From IMG/VR virus record IMGVR_UViG_3300036713_000599: DNA of 64,000 bases, one strand, 5' to 3'. The position numbers and the translations under genes are program-made. The notes below the pieces were generated by a model. The model was not told where the DNA came from and made no database searches. It was given only the letters and a program-made list of their open reading frames with translations. This document shows positions 1-10,454 of the stretch, piece after piece. This DNA is from a virus (taxonomy: Duplodnaviria > Caudoviricetes). The stretch's first letter is position 1, and the number at the start of each line of letters is the position of its first letter.

Positions 1-2
1 CG

Positions 3-338
3 CTTTCTGGGGGGACTCGGACGGTTTACCGTAACAACACTCCTCTTCCGGATGCTCCTGGTCTTCGAACTGAGGCACAGTTTAAAATGCGTGTTTTGAA
101 TGACGGGACCCTTGGAACAGATGACACGCAGATCCGGGCAGGGCTTTCGGCGCCAAACCTTACGGTGGCTTTGGCATTTGTTACGACGCCACTTGCGGAA
201 CGTTATATTCTCGTGATTGATTTGAATAATGGAAACGTTATGGGTTCGATCACTTTTGACTACCTTGATGGTAACTACCACACCTACCATATCGTTCGAG
301 ATCCTGGAGCTGGTGTTGTCCAGGTCTCGATCAGCTGA
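3..338 (+). CDS. 3' end of a probable virion protein (partial; begins before the window)
   Basis: The frame of track ORF 87..338 is open from base 3 (LSGGTRTVYRNNTPLPDAPGLRTEAQFKM...). Composition is beta-rich and it precedes the structural cluster. Confidence 0.6.
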   Translation, partial: LSGGTRTVYRNNTPLPDAPGLRTEAQFKMRVLNDGTLGTDDTQIRAGLSAPNLTVALAFVTTPLAERYILVIDLNNGNVMGSITFDYLDGNYHTYHIVRDPGAGVVQVSIS

Positions 339-349
339 GGACTCATCAC

Positions 350-2551
350 ATGGCTGCTGAGATTACGTTCGACCAACCGACTGGGGCGGGTGCTGGTGTT
401 GCCGGAAAGGCTCGGAATGACCTTTGGTTGAGCCAAGCGGTAGACATGGTCTCTAGCGGAACCGGTTCGACGTACCTGTGGGAGTTGTTGGACGCCCCTC
501 CAGGTAGTTCTGCAGTGATCGCAAACCCTACCGCGAGCACAGCAAATATTACACCTGATGAAGTAGGTACCTACCGTATTCAGCTTACGGTGGATGGCGG
601 GGGATTGGACAATGTTATTGTCAAGGTCATCCGTGCTCGCTTCAGTGACTCGGGTGAGCTTCTTTTTCGGGGCTGGGCTTTGCCGGCGATCGACGAGGAA
701 ATCGACGAGGCCGACTACGGAACCAATACGCGGCACTGGGCTGAGGTGTGGGAGTCCATTATACCTGATGTCCGAGGCAACCTGACTCGTTCGCTCGTGT
801 TTCGACCTGGTGGGCCAGCTGGCGGTAACGTCTACGCGAGCTGGTCTGACCTTATGGTGGCTTTCGGTGAGACTTCCGGTCTAGTGACTGTCGAAATAGA
901 TGGTGACTATGACCAGCCGGTCGTCCCTCCTGGGTCGTGGGACTTTGAGTCCAGAGCTATTTTGGTTGGAAGGGGTTTTGCAGGCTTTCGTGTACCTTTA
1001 GAAATAGGCGATGGCTCCACTAGTGACACGGAGCTGAGTGGGGTTAGCGGTTTCCGAAATCTTGAAGTTTATGCCGTAAATGATGCGACGAACACTGCTT
1101 CGAATTACATAGCGAGCGATAAAATTTGGTTTGAAGACTGTGACGTTTATTCCCAAAACATTGGTGCTCCTCGGAGAATGTTCGAAATGGAGCAGAGCGA
1201 GATCATTCTTCGGGGTAGAACACGTTTTCTAGAAGGGGGCACTGAGTCTATATACGTTGTGCCCTTTAATCCAGGTAATAGTGTTTATGTCGAGAATTTC
1301 AGTTCTATCGACGAGTCTGTGTTGGACGTCCCTGCTAATGCCACGGTTGACATTTATTTAGCCAACCAAACTACGACCTACGACACCTCTCAAACAGTAA
1401 GCGGAACCCTGAACGCATTTTCTTCGACTGCGTACACCTTTTTTGTGTACCGGCCAGGAGGGATTTCTTCTGGTAATGTCTACTCTGATTGGGCCACATT
1501 GATGGGAAAAGTGGCGTCTACAGAGGGACCGAAGACAATTGAGCTGGACCCTTCGGTGGACCCGAATACGCGATGTGATATTCCTAGTGGCACGTGGGAC
1601 TTAGGGTACAACACCACCCTCCGTGGGGATGGTTCCGTTGTCGTGCTTATGGAGGATGGCGCCAATTTCAGAAATGCTTCTGTACTAGAAGGTGGTTTGG
1701 AAATTTGGAGTGCCAGCACGAGTGTTGTGTTCACGTGGTCTGGTACGAAAACTCTTAGCCTCCGCGACTCCTGCAAGCTGATCGGGGCCCAGTATCCTGG
1801 CCAATCAGCTCCAACTTTCCCTCTCTTGGAAGGTGGGAGCCACGTCATTGATATGAGAGACGACTCGGCTTTGAGGGCCTCTTTGGGCGATCAGCCGGTT
1901 TTGGACAATGATGACTTGCCTAACGACCTCATCCTCATGTATGATCGTGCTAGTATCGAGGATGGGTCAGGAGGCAGCAATCAGTCGTATGCTCTAAATG
2001 CTGGTGAACAAGATGACATAGGGATCAACTTTTATTCTCCTGCGTCGTATTTCAATCACGACAGAACTAACCTAAACATACAGTCTTGGGCGGTTAGGCA
2101 AAATGTCATATCTCTCGTGAAGGGCTCCTTCAGCAATGCATCCTCTACGCCTTCAGCTGTGGGGGGTGGTCACCTGGATCTCGCCAGGATGGGGACGGCC
2201 CATTCCAATTTGACAGCCAGGCTTCTGGTCTTGTTGGAGACCACGAGCGGTACTCCGGGGTTCGAGGCGTATTTTGACTTGTACGATGTATTCGGTATTT
2301 TGAATTCAGGCGTACCTGCTGTAGTAGCGGGCTCTCAGGTGAACACGGGGACGGGGGTGCCACCTGTGGGTGGTCCTACAACTAACCCTCTTGTTCCGAG
2401 CCTGTATGTAGTTGATCTTAGTTCGTTGCTTGCGTCGGTTCCGGCAGCAACAGCTTCTTATGTGGTCTTAGAAGCTAGACTCTGGATTGGCACGACTGGT
2501 GGGGGCAACGTAGCAACCTGCAAATCGGCCGAGTTGGCCTTCGAGTGGTGA
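350..2551 (+). CDS. Virion structural protein, 733 aa, with N-terminal PKD/Ig-like domain and an internal duplicated module
   Basis: GAGG RBS. N-terminal TYLWELLDAPPGSSAVI...TPDEVGTYRIQLTV resembles PKD/Ig folds. Two copies of (V/Y)(F/Y)RPGG..GNVY..W..LM...G..T.E.D.....P.G.WD. Confidence 0.6.
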   Translation: MAAEITFDQPTGAGAGVAGKARNDLWLSQAVDMVSSGTGSTYLWELLDAPPGSSAVIANPTASTANITPDEVGTYRIQLTVDGGGLDNVIVKVIRARFSDSGELLFRGWALPAIDEEIDEADYGTNTRHWAEVWESIIPDVRGNLTRSLVFRPGGPAGGNVYASWSDLMVAFGETSGLVTVEIDGDYDQPVVPPGSWDFESRAILVGRGFAGFRVPLEIGDGSTSDTELSGVSGFRNLEVYAVNDATNTASNYIASDKIWFEDCDVYSQNIGAPRRMFEMEQSEIILRGRTRFLEGGTESIYVVPFNPGNSVYVENFSSIDESVLDVPANATVDIYLANQTTTYDTSQTVSGTLNAFSSTAYTFFVYRPGGISSGNVYSDWATLMGKVASTEGPKTIELDPSVDPNTRCDIPSGTWDLGYNTTLRGDGSVVVLMEDGANFRNASVLEGGLEIWSASTSVVFTWSGTKTLSLRDSCKLIGAQYPGQSAPTFPLLEGGSHVIDMRDDSALRASLGDQPVLDNDDLPNDLILMYDRASIEDGSGGSNQSYALNAGEQDDIGINFYSPASYFNHDRTNLNIQSWAVRQNVISLVKGSFSNASSTPSAVGGGHLDLARMGTAHSNLTARLLVLLETTSGTPGFEAYFDLYDVFGILNSGVPAVVAGSQVNTGTGVPPVGGPTTNPLVPSLYVVDLSSLLASVPAATASYVVLEARLWIGTTGGGNVATCKSAELAFEW

Positions 2552-2556
2552 AATAG

Positions 2557-3528
2557 ATGGCTCTCCCGACACTAGAAAAAACTTGGCAGTTCTCCGTCAA
2601 TCAATCGGTCGGTGGGATTGCTGTAGATAATGACAACGCGGATCTCCTTTGGAAGATACAAAATGCTTTGAAGAACTTCGTGTCAGGTCAATGGTCGGTC
2701 GCGTCCAGCTCTGATGGGTCAAACTTTGGGTTGTCAGATTTCTGGCAGACGGATTACACAGACATCACTTGGGCAGCCGGTTCAGTGGCCCATTCCTGGA
2801 TTGTGTTGACAAACAGTGCCACGAACGCCCAGCTATGCATCGACTGCAACGTGGCTGAAGCCGGTAGCGAAACCGGACAAGTGTACTTTTCCCCAGGAGG
2901 AGGGTATGCCACCACAGGGCTCGCCACAACAGATCGGCCCACTCCTCCAGCAGACGAGGTCCTTATCACAGCTGGACCAGGGTACGGCGGGTCAGATGGA
3001 GCGTGGAACGGGAAAGTTCACGTGATGATGAGCAGCGACGGAGAGGCCACCAGAATTGCAGTCTGCGAATCGAATGGGTGTGTGGCTCTCTGGCTCTTAG
3101 ACGCCGCTCGAAATCCAATAACGGGTTGGACCAACGCAAATATTGGGTGTGCCGCTGGTAGGAGTAGCTCTGGGGTATCAGACTATTCAACATACGCAAA
3201 CCTTAACGCTGCGACTAAGCTGAAGAGTTACATCACGACCTCTTTTGACCTGTATCTCACCAGTGAAGGATATGGGTCAGGTATGGTTGGAAACAGCCCT
3301 TCTGGGACCGTAGCAGACAGCCAGACGGGATCATGGCCCATGTTGCCCATAGGGCTAGCGAGTGAGACTGCGGCTCATGTGGGCCGAAAGGGTGGTCTCT
3401 ACGACATCTGGTGGGGTAGTGTCACGCGAAATACAGGTGACTCCTACCCCAATGACACGTCGTACCAATTCGTGCAGTTTGGGGACATCATTCTTCCCTG
3501 GAGCGGCGTGCTTCCACAGGTGTCATAA
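2557..3528 (+). CDS. Putative tail/fibre protein; ~330-aa paralogue family member 1
   Basis: Motifs EKTW, W.V.SSS.G...D.W, SWIVL and C-terminal P.....G.LYDIWWG are shared with four other modules in 9.4-13.5 kb. Confidence 0.55.
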   Translation: MALPTLEKTWQFSVNQSVGGIAVDNDNADLLWKIQNALKNFVSGQWSVASSSDGSNFGLSDFWQTDYTDITWAAGSVAHSWIVLTNSATNAQLCIDCNVAEAGSETGQVYFSPGGGYATTGLATTDRPTPPADEVLITAGPGYGGSDGAWNGKVHVMMSSDGEATRIAVCESNGCVALWLLDAARNPITGWTNANIGCAAGRSSSGVSDYSTYANLNAATKLKSYITTSFDLYLTSEGYGSGMVGNSPSGTVADSQTGSWPMLPIGLASETAAHVGRKGGLYDIWWGSVTRNTGDSYPNDTSYQFVQFGDIILPWSGVLPQVS

Positions 3529-3773
3529 TGGCCACTGTAGATGGAGACTTGGCAGGTAGAACGGACTATGGTGATGGGCTCCTGAGCGGAGCTGTGGGCA
3601 GCTCCCATGCCCTTCCACAAGGCTCTGGAGTCTTCGAGGTTAGGTACAAAATGCGTGCCTGGGAGACGAGTGTGGGTTGGGTTACGTGGATTAGTTATGG
3701 CACACCAGACCCGAACCCGCCGGCGGGCACAGGTCCTGTTGAAGATGTGACTATAGTTGCTTCCTGGGAGTGA
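3528..3773 (+). CDS. Small virion-associated protein, paralogue of 13477..13713
   Basis: Coupled to the upstream stop. MRAWETSVGWVTWISYGTPDPNPPAG aligns with QRAWNTVGQYFETWISEGAPQATPPSG. Confidence 0.55.
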   Translation: MATVDGDLAGRTDYGDGLLSGAVGSSHALPQGSGVFEVRYKMRAWETSVGWVTWISYGTPDPNPPAGTGPVEDVTIVASWE

Positions 3774-3776
3774 TTA

Positions 3777-6700
3777 ATGCCTGTTGCTACCAAATCCTTG
3801 TCTTTTGGCACGAATAAGTACGTCACGATGGGCGATGTGCTGGACGACGACGGGACGGGTGTTTTAGTTTTTTCATTTTGGTTGAAATGTTCTTCCGGTA
3901 CCTATCCTCTCATCTTGAAACAAGAGGGGGTGAGCCCCTATTTGGGTTACGCTGTTTGGGTTGATTCAGACAAGATTCGGTGGGATCTTGTTCACGACAC
4001 AACTACGAATGCCTTGAAGGTAGAGGCTTCTATGGCTTCGGTTGCAACGGGTCAGTGGACCCATGTCGTGGTTATGTCAGATGGCAGTCGTACGCCAGGG
4101 GGAATGCGGGTATATGTCAATGGCGTCCAACAGGTATTGACCACGATTACAAATACCTTGACCTTGTCTATTTCGAATTCTTATCCATTCCAATTTGGAA
4201 AGCAAGGTGCGAGAACAGACTGGTGGTTCACTGGCAATCTGACTCAGGTGGTCAAGTACACCCGAATGCTCACGTCGGCAGAGGTTGCGGATCTGTACAA
4301 CCAGGGTAACCCCCCGAATGTCACCAATCTTAGCTCAAATGACGCCATTGAGGCATATTGGCCTCTTGGGGAAGGTGACGTCTTCCCGGTAAATTTCGAA
4401 AGAGCGTTGGATCCTGTAGTCTTGTACAATGCTGGAACAGAGAGTTCTTTTTACCAACTTTCGAACAAAATTGAGTCTATTGAGTGGTGTCGAGGTGAGG
4501 GTCTAGAAGACACGGCACCGTACTATGAAGGGCCGGGTGGTGTTTTTTGTCCATTTTCGACTAAATTTGACGTAGACGCTTTTTACAGAGCAGGGCCTAT
4601 CAATAATTTGGCTCACACGAGTCCTTGGACGATGTCTGTGTGGCTTAAATGGAACTACACAGATAGCCGTAATGGCGTGATAATGGGTCGTTTCGTAGGT
4701 TATCCGGGAGGCGCTGAGGGTTATGGTTACGGGTTATACACAGAAGGAAGTTCTTCTGGGGCTGTAGGGATCTCTACACGGTTTAGCGGAGTCTCTCAAG
4801 GACCTGTTGTTCAGACGACGGCAGAGACGTTCAATGACAACAATTGGCACCATGTTGTGGCGACTTATGATGGAAGCCAAGTTGCGGGAGGTATGCACAT
4901 TTGGGTAGACGGGGAGGATGAACCCCTCACAATATTGAGCAGTGCGACCCTCCAAGGGCTGCCCACAGCCTCTTTTTGCTTGGCAGGGTACGCTGACACA
5001 GCAGGTACCCAATCTTTTGAGGGGTTCATGTCTCAACCCACTATGTGGGGTCGAGTACTTGGTGTGAATGAAATCGAGGCCTTGTACAATGGTGGTGTGC
5101 CAGCAGAAATAGCCGGTTTTGCGGACCCTAGCTTACTAGGTTATTGGAGGATGGGCGATGGGGACACCTTCCCTGTTATTTCCGACAATATTGGAAGTAA
5201 TGACGCCATTATTCAACAAGCGAGCCCCCCATTCTCCCAAACTTCTTGCTTGTTTGACGGTTCGAATGAGTACGTGACGATGGGGAATGCGTCTGAGTTG
5301 TCCTTTGAGAGGACGGACGCATTCTCGGTTTCTTGTTGGTTCAAGTTGGACCCTGGAGACTCAGGGTATCTTATGTCCAAAATGGACGCAGGACCGACGG
5401 GATATGGCCTTTTTGCTGATTCCAGTAATACCAGAATATACATTCAAGATACCTCATCTTTTCAGATAGAAGTGACTACTACAAGTGCCTACGATGATGG
5501 AATTTGGCATCACGTCGTGGTAACCTATGACGGGACCTCGCTTGCGAGCGGGATCTCTATCTATATTGACGGCAGTTCTGTCGGTACTTCGACCGTAGAT
5601 GATACTCTTGGCACCAACAGTATTCTCAACACTGCATCCTTCAATGTTAGTAGTCGTACTGACGGTGCTGCAGGTCTGATGGACGGCAAGATTGATGAAG
5701 CGGCCGTCTACGACAAAGAACTGTCCTCTGGGGAGGTGGCTGCTATCTATAATGGAGGGATTCCGGTAGACTTGTCGGGGCTTAGCAGCTCTCCTAGCCT
5801 CGTCGGTTGGTGGAGAATGGGAGATGGGGACACTTTTCCCACACTCACAGACAATTCTTCCAATAGCAACGATGGTACTGCGGTCAACATGGAATCAGAG
5901 GATTTCCATGGAGACGCTCCAGGAAAATTCTCTCTATTATTTGACGGAGTGGACGAATACGTGACGATGGGGAATGTGACCGAATTATCCTTTGAAAGGA
6001 CGGATGCGTTTTCGATTAGTTTTTGGTTCAAGTCAACGTCAACTGTTGAGCAATACATTGTAGGTAAAACAGCGGCAGCACCTGCGTACACAGGATACCT
6101 GGTATACTTAGTTGGATCTGTGGGGACCATACGTGTCCAGTTGGTTGCTGATGTTGGTTCCAGTAACTACCTGCAGAAGACTACAGTTGCCTCGTACAAT
6201 GACGGGGCTTGGCATCACGTTGTTATTGCGTACAATGGATCGAGTAAGGCTGTAGGTGTGTCGATCTATGTGGATGGTGTCCAAGTCAGCACAACAGACA
6301 ACCTAGATGCCCTGTCATCAAGCATTGCCACAACGGCCGCTTTCGAAGTCGGTGATGCTTCAGCAGCTACTTCGCCGTTTGTCGGTCAGGTTAAGGATGT
6401 TGCTGTCTACGACAAAGAGCTTTTTGCCGTGGAGGTGGTCGAGATTCACCAAGGAGGTGCACTTTTGAGTCTTCCCACCTCGTCGGGTTTGTTGGGCTAC
6501 TGGAGGCTCGGAGATGGGGACACTTTCCCGACTGCCACAGATAGCAGCGTGAGTGGCAATGACGGAACCATGACAAACATGGAGTCCGCGGACATTGTGA
6601 ATGATGCCCCCTTGCCTATGTTCTTTCCGTATTACAGTGTGTCTGTTGTTAATGACACGACACCTCGATTTTCGCAATTGTCTTGTCTGTTCAATGGGAC

Positions 6701-9700
6701 GGACGAATACGTGACGATGGGGAACGTACTCGATTTTGATACTTCCGACCCTTTTAGCGTCTCATTTTGGATCAAGACGACGGAAACAAACGGAGCCAAC
6801 GTGATATCCAAGCGTGAGGGCGCATCCGCGTTCAAGGGTTGGACCATCTGGCTACAATCTAGTAGTGATAGTACCGAGGGTGCTATTGCTTTTTACCTGG
6901 TTAACGATTCAAGTACATCGTTCACACAAATTGAGACCAGTGTCGCTGTGCACGACGGTAGTTGGCATCATGTGGCTGTAACTTGGGACGGCAATATTGT
7001 GGGGGGAGCCTCGGGTATCGCAGTTTACGTAGACAATGTTTCTGTCTCTTTTTCGACGATCAGTGACACTCTTGGGTCAAATTCTATATCAAATACTGCG
7101 TCGTTAAATTTGGCAACCAGAACAGACGGTGCTGCTCCCTATTTTCCTGGTAGCTTGGACGAAGTTGCCATTTATGACGTAGAGTTACCAGAGGTTCGAG
7201 TATCTGAAGTGTACAATGAGGGTCTCCCTGTGGACCTTCTGTCTCTTGGGACATCTGGCAATTTAGTTGGTTGGTGGAGGATGGGGGAAGGTGATACCTT
7301 CCCCACACTGACGGACAATTCGTCGAACAGTAACGATGGCACCATGACCAACATGGAGTCTAGCGATATTCAGGCAGACGTGCCGATCGGTAAGTTCTCC
7401 TTATTGTTTGGTGGGACGAACGAATATGTAACAATGGGCGACGTACTGGGTTCTCAGACTGACTGGGACCAAGACTTCTCAGTGGCCGTCTGGTTCAAAA
7501 GTACGGATTCTGGCTACACTCTAATGGTCAGTAAAGCGTTCGCGGATGCAGACAATCGGGGTTGGTACCTTGCCTATTCAGGCTCTACTGGGATTGTTGA
7601 AGCAGTTTTACGCAGTGACGACTCTCCGACATCTGAGTCAGCAGGGGTAGCCAGTACGGCCACAGGGCTGAGTGACGGGCAGTGGCACTTGGCTGTTTTC
7701 ACTTGGGAGGGGACGGTTAGTTCTGCAGCGTCCAACCTCAAGCTATATGTGGACGGTGTCGAGGGGAAAACAGTTACTTCAGATAACCTGGGTGGGACTA
7801 TTGCCACTACAGGGCCTCTCGTGATAGGGGCTCGGTTCCAGACTCCTTCCGACTTTTTTGTGGGAAACCTCGACGATGTTGCGATCTACAGTAAGGTTTT
7901 AAGTACCGACGAGGTTCAGGAGATATATAGCAGCGGGAATCCCACGCTGAATTTGAACAACCTTTCCTCGGGCAGCGCTCTCATAGGTTACTGGAAGTGT
8001 GGGGATGGCGACACCTTCCCCACACTGACGGACAATTCGTCGAACAGTAACGATGGCACCATGACCAACATGGAGTCCACAGACATTGTCAACGATGCCC
8101 CCACATTGTACACGTTGAGCACTTACAGCACCAAGTCACTCCTGTTCGGTGCTGCTCAGGCGGACGTTTTCATTGGAGATGTTTTGGACTCAGACTACAG
8201 AGACCTGTTGTCCATAAGTCTTTGGTTTAAATGGTCCGTTTCTCACGAGGGTGTGCTGGTTTCGAAACTCAGTACCTCTACGGGGACTCCCGGGTACCAG
8301 ATCTTGTGTGGCACCAACAACAAGTTAGTCTTCTTCTTGGTCAACACCTATCCGACTAACGCGATTGAAGTGGAGACGGATGGAGTTTATAATGATGGAT
8401 TTTGGCACCATCTTACGGTGACATATGACGGGTCAGAGGCGGCTTCGGGTGTGACGATTTATGTTGATGGGATCGAGGTGGCAAGGACGACCAACTATGA
8501 CACTCTCAGCGCTACCACTGTTACTTCAGCCAATCTCCGCTTCGGAGGACGGGATGCGGGAGATATCTGGTTCCAGGGCAACTTGGACGAGATCGAAGTA
8601 TACAATCGAGAACTGAGTCCAGAAGAGGTAATTGTCAAGTACAACCAGGGGTCTCCTCAGGATCCTACTATTGCGCTGGGAGAAGGCCTCCTGTCTCAAT
8701 GGCCTATGGGATCAGAAGGTGGGAATTCTAAGGTCAACGGTTCGCTGTTGAACATGGATAGTTCCAACACTGTGACAGGCCCAGGTGGGGCGCTGCCACA
8801 AGCTTTTAGCTTCAACGGATCCAATGAGAGTATAAACTTCGGGAACCGTTTTAATTTTGAAGTTGACCAAGCATTCACGGTGGGTATTTGGTTTCGTACT
8901 TCGACCGCAGCCACACAGGTGATGGTTGGTAATATGGACAGTACCCTCCGCGGGTATAATCTGTACATGGACTCCTCCACCAAAATGCAGATTCAGATTG
9001 CTGAAAATGTCAGCGAGCGTATTCTGGTGGAGACGGATACTTCCGGATATGCTGACAACAATTGGCATCTCATGTTGATGTCGTACGACGGTTCAGGTGT
9101 AGCCGCAGGTGTCACCGTCTACATGGATGGTTCTTCTGTCGCCACAACAACTATCGAGGACACAGGGCCAGATACGCTGATCGACACGAGTAGCCTGAGG
9201 GTAGGGTGTCGAGGTTCGGTGGGGACACTTTACTTCACAGGGGATCTTACAGGGTTCTATTTTTGGGGTTCGGAGCTTCAAGCGGCAGACGCCACTGCTT
9301 TGTGGAATGGTGGCTTGCCTGTAGATCCGACGGGGCTCGCTAGTGCGATTTATTTGGTTGGGTACTGGGCTCTGGGTTCGGGGTATTATCCAGGGACCAT
9401 GACGGGTATGAGCACTGGGGATATTGTAGATGACGTTCCTTCCTCCACAACTCTCACCACAGAGAAGTCTTGGACCACGGTCGCGAACTATGATCTCGGA
9501 GGTTCGGGGGAATCCTCTACTGAGGTGGCCCAGCTTATCCTTCTAGATTGGAAAAATAAGCTTGTTGCTAATGGGTGGTCAGTGATTGGAAGTGGTACGA
9601 GCTTGGCCTATGAGTACGAAGGGGTGACATCGGGTCCGTTCGACTTGTGGTCGGTGACGGGAGACATAGTTTACCGTGATTCTAATTCGGGCCTGGGGCC

Positions 9701-10454
9701 TATGTCCTGGGTAGTACTTCAAAGTCCTGTAACTTCTTCGGGGCAGTTTTGGCTAACGTTGGCGTTCTATGGTCCGGGCGAGTCAAGCATGACTGCTTAC
9801 GTGTCTAACTCTCCACCGACGGTTCCAGCTAGTCCGTTAGCTGACTATCCGAAACCCTCGACAGACGAATGGTTCTGGATGTTAGAGAAGGAGCAATTTT
9901 TCAGGTACGCCTCTTCTCTCACAGCCGTCCGTTCGTATTTTTCCATTGCCCAAGACGGCAGCTTCGTCTTTGGACGACAGACGATGGATGAGTCTGACTG
10001 GAATGCTTACCAAATGTTCCATGTTTTGTCGGATGATGGTTTTTTGCCAGATAATTTCCCGATGAGGTCAGCAGCGGCGGCTCACTACTGGACCTCGATC
10101 TCTTTTTCTGACTGGTTCGACACCTGGCACTGTTACGTCCCAAGCGTTGGGTCAGTGCCTTGTAGTTTGATGTTTGGTAACTACGGGATCGGCACAGATG
10201 ACTATGAGCAAGAATTATTCGTTGAAGATACAGTGAGTTTGAAAGTAATGGGACTGCCTGTCTACCTTGTTAGAGTATCTCCAAACATCGCAGGAATCGG
10301 AGTACAGACGATCCTGGCTAGGGTTCCCGACATTTACATATCTAATTCATCGGTGGGCCGAGGGGCGATGGCCCCGATTACGACGCCGTATTTGTTCACA
10401 AACATCGAGGGCCGTATTTGGATCCCTGGAGACACGGAGCCGAATTTCACATGA
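3777..10454 (+). CDS. 2225-aa fibre/adhesin with eight LamG-like (concanavalin A-like jelly-roll) domains and a C-terminal ~330-aa module
   Basis: Eight repeats of F.G..EYVTMG...F(S/T).S.W.K...G.WHH(V/L)...YDG...YVDG...G.(L/I)D(E/D)...Y...L....V...Y...L.G.W..G.GDTFP, typical of LamG/Laminin_G_3. C-terminus (~9456 onward) is paralogous to 11449..12474. Confidence 0.85.
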   Translation: MPVATKSLSFGTNKYVTMGDVLDDDGTGVLVFSFWLKCSSGTYPLILKQEGVSPYLGYAVWVDSDKIRWDLVHDTTTNALKVEASMASVATGQWTHVVVMSDGSRTPGGMRVYVNGVQQVLTTITNTLTLSISNSYPFQFGKQGARTDWWFTGNLTQVVKYTRMLTSAEVADLYNQGNPPNVTNLSSNDAIEAYWPLGEGDVFPVNFERALDPVVLYNAGTESSFYQLSNKIESIEWCRGEGLEDTAPYYEGPGGVFCPFSTKFDVDAFYRAGPINNLAHTSPWTMSVWLKWNYTDSRNGVIMGRFVGYPGGAEGYGYGLYTEGSSSGAVGISTRFSGVSQGPVVQTTAETFNDNNWHHVVATYDGSQVAGGMHIWVDGEDEPLTILSSATLQGLPTASFCLAGYADTAGTQSFEGFMSQPTMWGRVLGVNEIEALYNGGVPAEIAGFADPSLLGYWRMGDGDTFPVISDNIGSNDAIIQQASPPFSQTSCLFDGSNEYVTMGNASELSFERTDAFSVSCWFKLDPGDSGYLMSKMDAGPTGYGLFADSSNTRIYIQDTSSFQIEVTTTSAYDDGIWHHVVVTYDGTSLASGISIYIDGSSVGTSTVDDTLGTNSILNTASFNVSSRTDGAAGLMDGKIDEAAVYDKELSSGEVAAIYNGGIPVDLSGLSSSPSLVGWWRMGDGDTFPTLTDNSSNSNDGTAVNMESEDFHGDAPGKFSLLFDGVDEYVTMGNVTELSFERTDAFSISFWFKSTSTVEQYIVGKTAAAPAYTGYLVYLVGSVGTIRVQLVADVGSSNYLQKTTVASYNDGAWHHVVIAYNGSSKAVGVSIYVDGVQVSTTDNLDALSSSIATTAAFEVGDASAATSPFVGQVKDVAVYDKELFAVEVVEIHQGGALLSLPTSSGLLGYWRLGDGDTFPTATDSSVSGNDGTMTNMESADIVNDAPLPMFFPYYSVSVVNDTTPRFSQLSCLFNGTDEYVTMGNVLDFDTSDPFSVSFWIKTTETNGANVISKREGASAFKGWTIWLQSSSDSTEGAIAFYLVNDSSTSFTQIETSVAVHDGSWHHVAVTWDGNIVGGASGIAVYVDNVSVSFSTISDTLGSNSISNTASLNLATRTDGAAPYFPGSLDEVAIYDVELPEVRVSEVYNEGLPVDLLSLGTSGNLVGWWRMGEGDTFPTLTDNSSNSNDGTMTNMESSDIQADVPIGKFSLLFGGTNEYVTMGDVLGSQTDWDQDFSVAVWFKSTDSGYTLMVSKAFADADNRGWYLAYSGSTGIVEAVLRSDDSPTSESAGVASTATGLSDGQWHLAVFTWEGTVSSAASNLKLYVDGVEGKTVTSDNLGGTIATTGPLVIGARFQTPSDFFVGNLDDVAIYSKVLSTDEVQEIYSSGNPTLNLNNLSSGSALIGYWKCGDGDTFPTLTDNSSNSNDGTMTNMESTDIVNDAPTLYTLSTYSTKSLLFGAAQADVFIGDVLDSDYRDLLSISLWFKWSVSHEGVLVSKLSTSTGTPGYQILCGTNNKLVFFLVNTYPTNAIEVETDGVYNDGFWHHLTVTYDGSEAASGVTIYVDGIEVARTTNYDTLSATTVTSANLRFGGRDAGDIWFQGNLDEIEVYNRELSPEEVIVKYNQGSPQDPTIALGEGLLSQWPMGSEGGNSKVNGSLLNMDSSNTVTGPGGALPQAFSFNGSNESINFGNRFNFEVDQAFTVGIWFRTSTAATQVMVGNMDSTLRGYNLYMDSSTKMQIQIAENVSERILVETDTSGYADNNWHLMLMSYDGSGVAAGVTVYMDGSSVATTTIEDTGPDTLIDTSSLRVGCRGSVGTLYFTGDLTGFYFWGSELQAADATALWNGGLPVDPTGLASAIYLVGYWALGSGYYPGTMTGMSTGDIVDDVPSSTTLTTEKSWTTVANYDLGGSGESSTEVAQLILLDWKNKLVANGWSVIGSGTSLAYEYEGVTSGPFDLWSVTGDIVYRDSNSGLGPMSWVVLQSPVTSSGQFWLTLAFYGPGESSMTAYVSNSPPTVPASPLADYPKPSTDEWFWMLEKEQFFRYASSLTAVRSYFSIAQDGSFVFGRQTMDESDWNAYQMFHVLSDDGFLPDNFPMRSAAAAHYWTSISFSDWFDTWHCYVPSVGSVPCSLMFGNYGIGTDDYEQELFVEDTVSLKVMGLPVYLVRVSPNIAGIGVQTILARVPDIYISNSSVGRGAMAPITTPYLFTNIEGRIWIPGDTEPNFT
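7296..7360 (+). repeat. Perfect 65-bp direct repeat, copy 1 (copy 2 at 8013..8077)
   Basis: accttccccacactgacggacaattcgtcgaacagtaacgatggcaccatgaccaacatggagtc occurs identically twice inside the LamG gene. Diverged copies lie near 5830 and 6520. Confidence 0.9.
8013..8077 (+). repeat. Perfect 65-bp direct repeat, copy 2
   Basis: Identical to 7296..7360; encodes the inter-domain linker TFPTLTDNSSNSNDGTMTNMES. Confidence 0.9.

Noticed and set aside
7296-8077. Diversity-generating retroelement TR/VR pair in the fibre gene
   Set aside because: The copies are identical rather than differing at adenines, both are in-frame linkers, and no reverse transcriptase is present in the window.
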